64,000 nt of DNA from Polyangiaceae bacterium. Lineage in GTDB: Bacteria > Myxococcota_A > Polyangia > Polyangiales > Polyangiaceae. The notes beneath the pieces were generated by a model that was not told the DNA's origin, searched no databases, and saw only the letters and a list, made by a program, of their open reading frames with translations. The stretch spans positions 256,001 through 320,000 of the forward strand of contig CBDCTZ010000009.1 in the NCBI GenBank assembly GCA_965222375.1, written 5' to 3'. Shown piece after piece: positions 57,461 through 64,000 of the stretch. The translations under genes were made by a program, and so were the position numbers. The stretch's first letter is position 1. Each line of letters begins with the position of its first letter.

Positions 57461-59284
57461 GTGATTGCTCCCGCGCCCACGGTGCCGAGCCTCGACAAAT
57501 ACGAGGTCATGGAGGAAATCGGCCACGGCGGTATGGCCACGGTGTACCGAGCGCGTGATCGTCGACTAGGGCGGGACGTTGCCGTCAAGGTGATCCACAA
57601 GCATCTGCGGGAGAACGTCGAGGTGGCGGCGCGCTTCGTGAGCGAAGCCCGGGCGGTCGCCAAGCTCAAGCACCAGAACATCGTCGAGGTCTATGACGTC
57701 TCCGACGAAGAGGATCCAGAGCGCTATCTGGTCGTCGAACTCGTCGAAGGCACCACCCTGCGGCAGCTGCTGGCGGATCGGAAGTTCATTCCGGCGGAAA
57801 TCGCCGCGGCGATCGCCCTGGAAATCGGCGCAGCCTTGGAGCACGCCCACGAGCACGGCGTGATTCACCGCGACATCAAGCCCGAGAACGTGCTTGTCAA
57901 CATGCGTCCGCCGACCAGCAACCGGGAAGGCACCGGCAAGGGCGAGAATGCGGCGCGGATCAAGATCGCAGACTTCGGTATCGCTAAGCTGCTCGACGCT
58001 CAGGGTGTGACCAGCACCGGTCAGGTACTGGGCTCGCCAGCGCATATGGCGCCGGAGCAGATCGAGGGCGGCGACGTGACCGCGCGGTCCGACGTGTTCG
58101 GCCTGGGTGTGCTGCTATACGAGTGCATGGTGGGTCGCTTGCCTTTCGACGGCAAGAACCCAGCGCAGGTGCTGCGCAAGGTGCTCGACGGGATCTTCAG
58201 TCCCGCCGAGCGCGCCCGGCCCAGCGTGGGCGTGTTTTTGAGCCGCGCGGTCCAAAAGGCACTGGCCCGCGAGCAGGACGACCGCTTCGAGAGCGTGACG
58301 GATTTCTGCGACCTGCTTCGGACGGAGCTCGACCGAGTGGGTTTTTCCGAGCCCCGCAAGGAGCTGGCGGCGTTCCTCGAAAACCCCGCCGTCTACGAAA
58401 GCGAATACGAGCGCCGCCTGGTGCCAAGGCTCGTTGCTCTGGGCAAGAAGGCGCGCAAGTCACGAGATGTGCCGGCGGCCGCGGCTTGGTTCAATCGGGC
58501 GCTGGCGTTTCGCCCCAACGACAAAGAGCTCCTCGAGCAAGTCGCGGGCATGGAGAAGCGGGAGCGGCTGCGGCGCATCGCGATCCGGGGCGGAGCCATT
58601 GCGCTGGCCAGTGCTGGCCTCGGGCTCGTGGCGTTCGGCGTGGTCCGGGCGACGCGGGTGCCGAAGCTGATGGCGACTCCGGAAGCGCCCGCGGAGGCAC
58701 CGTCGCGGGAGTTTACAGCGCGGCCGCCATTGCCGAGCGGGGTGCCAATCAAGGGCGAGCCGGCGCCCACGGCGCCTTCGGAGTTGAAGGGCAAGGTGCC
58801 GAAGCTGCCGGTCAGTGTTGCGTCGGCGACCGGGGAGACACGAGATGTCAAGATCCTGTTGCAGGGAGCGAAAGGGGGCACGGTGCGAATAGATGGTGTG
58901 GAAGTCCCCTGGGTGAATAAGACACACAAGTTGCCGCTGGGACGCCACACCTTCGAGTTCGTTCCACCGGACGAGACGTGCTGCAAGAAGAAGCCTCCAC
59001 TCGCACTTGACATACGCGAAGGCGAGAGGCCGCGTGTGATCACAGGGTACATTGCGTACAAGGATGCCTTCGTCCGCGTGATTGGAATCCGAGGTGTCGC
59101 CGCGGAATGCCCATCTTGGGGCACGGGTCGGATCCCCGCAAACACGACAAAGCCAGTTCGCATTCCCGGACCGGAGGCCACTATCAGGGCAATGTGCAGC
59201 ATCTATGGGCCTGAGGAAGGAATGCCGAAGAGCGAGCAGGTTGAGCTGCGGCCCAACACGACCTGGACTCTCAGCTGGCCCTGA
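57461..59284 (+). CDS. Membrane-anchored Ser/Thr protein kinase
   Basis: IGHGGMATVY, VAVK, IHRDIKPEN, DFGIAK and MAPEQ, followed by a TPR-like helix pair, a TM helix and a PEGA-like C-terminal domain. Confidence 0.95.
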   Translation: MIAPAPTVPSLDKYEVMEEIGHGGMATVYRARDRRLGRDVAVKVIHKHLRENVEVAARFVSEARAVAKLKHQNIVEVYDVSDEEDPERYLVVELVEGTTLRQLLADRKFIPAEIAAAIALEIGAALEHAHEHGVIHRDIKPENVLVNMRPPTSNREGTGKGENAARIKIADFGIAKLLDAQGVTSTGQVLGSPAHMAPEQIEGGDVTARSDVFGLGVLLYECMVGRLPFDGKNPAQVLRKVLDGIFSPAERARPSVGVFLSRAVQKALAREQDDRFESVTDFCDLLRTELDRVGFSEPRKELAAFLENPAVYESEYERRLVPRLVALGKKARKSRDVPAAAAWFNRALAFRPNDKELLEQVAGMEKRERLRRIAIRGGAIALASAGLGLVAFGVVRATRVPKLMATPEAPAEAPSREFTARPPLPSGVPIKGEPAPTAPSELKGKVPKLPVSVASATGETRDVKILLQGAKGGTVRIDGVEVPWVNKTHKLPLGRHTFEFVPPDETCCKKKPPLALDIREGERPRVITGYIAYKDAFVRVIGIRGVAAECPSWGTGRIPANTTKPVRIPGPEATIRAMCSIYGPEEGMPKSEQVELRPNTTWTLSWP

Positions 59285-59408
59285 CGCCCGTCCCTTGGGG
59301 GGCCAACTGAGCACTTGCAGGAGGTTTCTGCGACGAAGCGCGGGTTACGGTTGACGTGAGCGCGGTCGGCAGACGAACCTCGGGCTCCGGAACCTCCGGA
59401 ATCCCTGG

Positions 59409-60389
59409 ATGCGAACGGCGCTCTCCTCTGTGCGGGCCATGTCGGCCGCCGCAATTACGGCACTAACGGTGCCGGTGCTCGCGCAGCCCGACCGACCCGG
59501 ACCGGCCCGCGTGCAGCTTTCCGATGAAGCACAACTGGCTCGGGTCTCATCTCTGTATGACTCGGGCAAGTACGTGGAGTGCGTCGGTGTGCTCGACGTG
59601 TTGCTGTCGGCGAAGGATCCGAAGCTGGAAGAAATCGATGTGATCGAACGGGCCAGGGTCTATTACGCAGCTTGCCTGCTGGCGTCGGGGCGTGGCCGGG
59701 ATGCGGACTCGCAGTTGCGCATGGCTATCCGCGAGAACCCACAGATGCGTCCGCCAGATCGCTTGATGTTCCCCCAAGAGGTCGTCGACCGCTTCATCAC
59801 CGTGCGTGACGGCATGCTCGACGAAATCAAAAAGGCGGAAGAGGAGCGCTTTCGCAAAGCGCGGGCAGCAGCGGAAGCGGCGGCGAAGCGCCGGGCCAAA
59901 GAGAAAGAGCGCGTCAAGAAGCTCGAGGAATTCGCGGCCCGGGAAACGGAAGTGACGAAAAACCGGCGCTGGCTCGCGGCGGTGCCCTTCGGGGTCGGTC
60001 AGTTCCAGAATGACGATACGGCGCTGGGCTACTTGTTTCTAGGCACGGAGCTGGCGCTGGCGGGCACGGCGCTGGGGGCGCTGATCGTGGAGCTGAACCT
60101 AAACGCTCGTATCGATGACAGCGATCCGCCCAATCGCGAAGAGCTCAATGCGAACCTGGTCTCGGCGCACAACGTTCTGATCTTCTCGAGCTGGGGTTTC
60201 TTGGCCGTGGCCCTGGGTGGGATCGCCGAGGCGCAGCTGTCCTTCGAGCCCGAATTTCGGAAGAGCAAGAAACGCCGACTGCCCCGGGAGCTGCAGAGCC
60301 CGAGTTCGCGGAGCAAAGATGCCTTCGTGCGCCCCACGATCGTCCCGTTTCGAAACGGCGCCGGCCTGGGCGCCGTCGGTCGGTTCTGA
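59409..60389 (+). CDS. Exported TPR-like protein with C-terminal membrane segments
   Basis: Signal peptide, LYDSGKY..C TPR-like helices, a coiled coil, VPFGVGQFQN, TM helices and terminal GRF. Confidence 0.75.
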   Translation: MRTALSSVRAMSAAAITALTVPVLAQPDRPGPARVQLSDEAQLARVSSLYDSGKYVECVGVLDVLLSAKDPKLEEIDVIERARVYYAACLLASGRGRDADSQLRMAIRENPQMRPPDRLMFPQEVVDRFITVRDGMLDEIKKAEEERFRKARAAAEAAAKRRAKEKERVKKLEEFAARETEVTKNRRWLAAVPFGVGQFQNDDTALGYLFLGTELALAGTALGALIVELNLNARIDDSDPPNREELNANLVSAHNVLIFSSWGFLAVALGGIAEAQLSFEPEFRKSKKRRLPRELQSPSSRSKDAFVRPTIVPFRNGAGLGAVGRF

Positions 60390-60432
60390 TCGCACCCGCT
60401 TTCGCGCCCCGCGCTGTTCACCACGCGGGCGA

Positions 60433-61299
60433 CTAGAGCGCGGAAACTTGAACGTGGCTGCGATCCGCGGCGCGGGCTGCGGCGTCGGCCCCGGTGGGGC
60501 TTTCCGCGCGCTGCACGTCGCCCTGTCGGACGCCGAGCAGCCACAGCATCAGCTGTGGCGGTGGCAGACCCAGATCCGGCGATGCACTGAAGACTCGAGC
60601 CAGCTCCCGGCCGTAGCCCCGGGAGAGCTTCAATACGGACAGGCCGTCGAAGGCGCCCGCCTTGGGCCGACTCGCCAGTGGAAGCGCCAGCAGGCTCGCG
60701 AAGAGTAGGCGGTAGATCAGGAAAAGCCGCCAGCGCTGCCACTTGGATTTGTCGGCCAGGACGCGGCGGAGGAAGTGCACGTTCAGAGGAACGTGGAAGG
60801 CCTCGTCTCGGGTCAAGATGGTCAGCATGCGCCGCGCCTGCTCGTCTTCCACGTTGCGCAGCGCCATGCGGTAGGTCGTGGAGCCGATCGTCTCGAACAT
60901 CAAGTTCGTGAGCACGATGGTTTCCATGCGCCGCGCCCGGGCGTACACGCTGTACAGGGTTTTGGTGACGCGACCCATGGGGCGCACCTCGCCGCCCAGA
61001 CGCTTCAAGAAGTCCAGCAGCAACTCTCGGTGCCAGCCTTCCTCGTCGCCGTAGAGCTGCAGCACTTCAGCAAGCTCGGGGTCTTCGGCCCGGGTGCTTC
61101 TGGCCAGGGCGTGGGCCTGGGATTGGCCCGACTCTTCCGCCCGCAGCGCCGCGTTGAAGAAGCGCACCGCGGCGTCTTGGACCAGCGCCGAGTCGAAGCG
61201 GATTGGTGCGGTGCCGAGGCCCGCCTCGGTCCGCGTGCGACGGCGCTTCAGAGTCTGGAGCCACCAAGAAGTGGGACGGTCGTTGACGGGGTGTGCCAC
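60433..61299 (-). CDS. Ferritin-like (diiron) domain protein
   Basis: Paired carboxylate/ExxH motifs AEESG...DEEGWH and FETIG...RDEAFH. Start uncertain (61299-61365). Confidence 0.75.
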   Translation of the reverse strand: MAHPVNDRPTSWWLQTLKRRRTRTEAGLGTAPIRFDSALVQDAAVRFFNAALRAEESGQSQAHALARSTRAEDPELAEVLQLYGDEEGWHRELLLDFLKRLGGEVRPMGRVTKTLYSVYARARRMETIVLTNLMFETIGSTTYRMALRNVEDEQARRMLTILTRDEAFHVPLNVHFLRRVLADKSKWQRWRLFLIYRLLFASLLALPLASRPKAGAFDGLSVLKLSRGYGRELARVFSASPDLGLPPPQLMLWLLGVRQGDVQRAESPTGADAAARAADRSHVQVSAL

Positions 61300-61327
61300 T
61301 GAATGCCTCGGGTCAGGTGTCCGATTA

Positions 61328-62068
61328 TCAACCCTGGCGCTGCAGCGCAACGACGAAGAAACCACCGAAGAATCTCAAAGGGGAATCACATAGCGCTCGC
61401 TCGGCGGTGCGAAGCACGGTCCGTGCTACGGGCAGCCGCATCAGACGGGCGGCTGGGGTCGCGACGCGGATCCCCCGGGAGCCGACGATGTCGAGGCCTT
61501 CAGGCACGTGCCGGCGAATGCCCAGCGGCGTGTCGAAGCGGGTGTAGACCTTGTCTTCGTGGGTGCCTTCGGCAACCCGCCCTGCGGGCGCCAAACGTTT
61601 GGCCAGGCCGCGCCAGCTGTAGGGGTTGTAGAATTCGGCCACGACCGTGCCGCCGGGTCGGGTGACCCGGGCCATTTCCGACAGGGCGCGCCGAATGTCT
61701 GGGATGTGAGCCAGCACTTTGAAAGAGCACGTTACATCGAAGCTCTCGCTTTGGAACGGAAGCTCCGTGGCGGAGCCCTCTACGACCTCGAGGCCGCGGG
61801 CACGGGCCTTTTCCAGCATGCCCGGGGAGAGATCCACACCCTGGGCGCGACGGGCAAAGCGCTCGATGCGGGTCAGCACCAGACCCGTGCCACAGCCCAC
61901 TTCCAGCACTTCACCACCTCGGCCAAAGCGCTCGACGTAGCCGGCTTCGAGCTCGTCCAACAGTTCGTGATAGCCACCGGGATCGTTGTCGCCGCGGTGG
62001 GATTCATACCCATCGCTGAAGGCGTCGTAATACGCGCGGTTGGCGTCGTGGCTGCCTGAGGCGTCCAT
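61328..62068 (-). CDS. Class I SAM-dependent methyltransferase
   Basis: VLEVGCGTG, GVDLSPGML, LPFQSESFD and EMARVTRPGG. Confidence 0.93.
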   Translation of the reverse strand: MDASGSHDANRAYYDAFSDGYESHRGDNDPGGYHELLDELEAGYVERFGRGGEVLEVGCGTGLVLTRIERFARRAQGVDLSPGMLEKARARGLEVVEGSATELPFQSESFDVTCSFKVLAHIPDIRRALSEMARVTRPGGTVVAEFYNPYSWRGLAKRLAPAGRVAEGTHEDKVYTRFDTPLGIRRHVPEGLDIVGSRGIRVATPAARLMRLPVARTVLRTAERALCDSPLRFFGGFFVVALQRQG

Positions 62069-62203
62069 TTGGAGCCAAGGTGTAGCAGAATCGGGCCTCG
62101 CGCAAGCCCGGGCGCAAATTCCGCGCGGAGCCCCTTCGCCCGCGCTTTGAGGGACTTGGCCGGGTTGTCGGATGGCAGAGCGGCTGTGAGGGAAGTTGCT
62201 AGG

Positions 62204-63523
62204 CTACTTGCGAGCGATTCGGGCGTTCATGCGCTCGTAGGCGAGTTCTGTCGGCGTGATCTTGCGCTCTCGAGCTGCGGCCAAGAGCTCGGTCGTTTTT
62301 GCACCGCAGATTTGGGACAGGGAGGCATGTACTCGCTCGACGCTGGCCAGATCTGCGTAGGTGCGTTCCTCGTGGCCGGCGATGACCCCACCGACCGTGA
62401 TGGTCCAGTCGGGCTGTGTCAAAATGTCCCGTTTGGCCAGTGCTCTAGCCAATTCAATTTCGCCATCGATGCTATCGGCATCCAGAGTGTTGTTCGCCGC
62501 GCCGTAGATCAACTTGCAGCTCAGCTCCGGGATCTGCGCGTTGCCGATGACGCCGCCCAGGGCGCATGGCGCGAGCAGGTCGCAGGGCGTGGCAAGCAGT
62601 CCTTCCGGCTTCAGCAGCTCGAGGTTCGGGATGGCGGACTGCGCCATCTCGACCCGTCGCGGCTCGGGATCGAAGGCCGCAACCTGCATGCCTGCCAGTG
62701 CGAGCCGCTCCGCCAGCGCCAGCCCCACACTGCCGAGTCCCTGGACCACAGCCTTCTTGCCGTCCAACTTGGAGCTGTGCCACAGGAACGCTGCCGCCGC
62801 GCGGATGGCGATGAAGATCCCCTCGGCGGTCGGCGCACCGGTGGGGCCGAGCGGCGTCGAGGTGCCACACAGGATGTTCGGAGTGAAGCGCTGACTCAAG
62901 GCGTCGATCAGATCTCCGGATAGGCCTACGTCGGGCCCGGTCATCAGGTGGCCGCGGTCGATGCAGAAGCCCAAGAACCCCAGCCGTGCTTCGTCGCTGC
63001 CGGCAATGGGATCCGCGAACAGTGTCGTCTTGCTACCGCCATAGGGCAGTTCCGCGTGAGCGCATTTGTAGCTCATGGCCCGGGACAGGTTGAGACCTGC
63101 GGCCAGTGCGTGTCGTTCGTTCGCATTGCGGGGGTAGCGGCGGATGCCGCCTGCGCGCAAGGCGTGCTGCGGTCGGCGCAAGCCCAGCGTGCTCGAGTGA
63201 ATGTAATGTGCGACTCGGACCTGCAATTCCGGATGAACACAGAGCCACACCATTTCGTGATGACCGCGGCGCATCCCGTCGAGCAATGCGTCCATCGCCG
63301 CCCCGGCGCCTTGCTGGGTCAACAGTTCGCGGGTCTCCGTGTCGCCCAAAGCTCGAGCATCGCGACACGCGACCTGGTCCAGTGCATAGCGGCGTCCATA
63401 GCCGCGAAAGTCCCAGCTTGCATCGAAGTCCCGACTTGCGTTGAGAGAGAAGCCACCGCTGTCGTCCGTGAGGACGCGAAGGGTGGTCAGGTTGCCATCG
63501 ACCAATGCGTCAAAGAGCCCCAT
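62204..63523 (-). CDS. Glu/Leu/Phe/Val dehydrogenase family protein
   Basis: GGIRRY, LSRAMSYK, GGSK, TGPDVG, PTAEG, VQGLGSVG, PCALGG and GAANN. Start reset to ATG 63523. Confidence 0.9.
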   Translation of the reverse strand: MGLFDALVDGNLTTLRVLTDDSGGFSLNASRDFDASWDFRGYGRRYALDQVACRDARALGDTETRELLTQQGAGAAMDALLDGMRRGHHEMVWLCVHPELQVRVAHYIHSSTLGLRRPQHALRAGGIRRYPRNANERHALAAGLNLSRAMSYKCAHAELPYGGSKTTLFADPIAGSDEARLGFLGFCIDRGHLMTGPDVGLSGDLIDALSQRFTPNILCGTSTPLGPTGAPTAEGIFIAIRAAAAFLWHSSKLDGKKAVVQGLGSVGLALAERLALAGMQVAAFDPEPRRVEMAQSAIPNLELLKPEGLLATPCDLLAPCALGGVIGNAQIPELSCKLIYGAANNTLDADSIDGEIELARALAKRDILTQPDWTITVGGVIAGHEERTYADLASVERVHASLSQICGAKTTELLAAARERKITPTELAYERMNARIARK

Positions 63524-63909
63524 GCGCCTGAGGGTACTCCTATTGTCGCAGTCCCGCGCGGCCGCGACCCACCGAGGTGCCGAGCGCATGCGCCTTGTTT
63601 GCAGCGGGTTGGTTCTGCCGCATCCCGTGTGGCGTGTCTTGGGGACCGCGAGATTGACGGTCGTCACGTGCCTGGCTCTTGCCGCGGCCCAGCGAGCACC
63701 CCCACCCAGGACCACTGTTTATGGATCTGCCTCTGGTCACGTTTTGTCGACTGGGAGCCACATGCTGGCAGAACTCGCCCACGGCTCCAGACGGAGTCTA
63801 TTTGTAAATGTCGGAATTTGTTGGAGAAATCGGGAAGCGACTCAGCAATCAGGTAGGCTCCGTCTTGGCCGGAGCACATCTTCGGCCATCGCACGTAGAA
63901 GGTGAGGCG

Positions 63910-64000
63910 ATGGAGCGAATCGGTGAGTACCTCGTCCGCGGGCTGGTCGGTGAGGGCGGGATGGGCAAGGTCTACGAGGCCGAGGAGCGCCTGAGCAAGC
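63910..64000 (+). CDS. Ser/Thr protein kinase (N-terminal fragment, truncated by the window)
   Basis: Manual translation MERIGEYLVRGLVGEGGMGKVYEAEERLSK contains the Gly-rich loop. GGTGAGG RBS upstream. Confidence 0.85.
   Translation, partial: MERIGEYLVRGLVGEGGMGKVYEAEERLSK

Noticed and set aside
63606..63780. Retron msr-msd (inverted-repeat-bounded ncRNA known from myxobacteria)
   Set aside because: No reverse transcriptase gene is adjacent to this element or to the 3677-3975 element.
1..64000. CRISPR array, tRNA/rRNA, IS, integrase or prophage
   Set aside because: No regularly spaced repeats, cloverleaf or rRNA signatures, or transposase, integrase or phage ORFs were seen. The composition looks uniform by eye.

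Overview
This is a GC-rich, gene-dense chromosomal window with about 54 CDS. Its content suggests a myxobacterium (Myxococcota, probably Polyangiales-like): three Hanks-type Ser/Thr kinases, an FHA protein, Cys-rich lipoproteins with DAG-rich tails and an orphan T3SS EscU/FlhB. That taxonomy is inferred, not shown. Core genes include plsB (partial), a DJ-1/ThiJ protein, panB-panC-tmk, an NSS transporter, 2-oxoacid dehydrogenase E1-alpha plus lpdA, bcp, pspA, a YrbG-type antiporter, a DAACS symporter, a cardiolipin synthase, an HD/SAMHD1-like hydrolase, pyk and a Leu/Phe/Val dehydrogenase. Five things stand out. (1) A ~16 kb minus-strand envelope module (MoxR, DUF58, two vWA proteins, ABC exporter, coiled-coil protein) is interrupted by an antisense histone-H1-like gene. 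(2) A ~300 nt non-coding element with base-paired ends and nested helices lies between convergent genes at 3677-3975 and matches no RNA family I could recognise by eye. (3) A second ~175 nt closed-end structured element lies at 63606-63780. (4) Several complexes are split or orphaned: the Dpp/Opp ABC system, E1-alpha/E3 without E1-beta/E2, and EscU. (5) Several signalling proteins have degenerate catalytic motifs. I found no rRNA, tRNA, CRISPR array, transposase or integrase. Many start codons were moved downstream of the ORF-track starts by eye, and all RNA structures were paired by hand.
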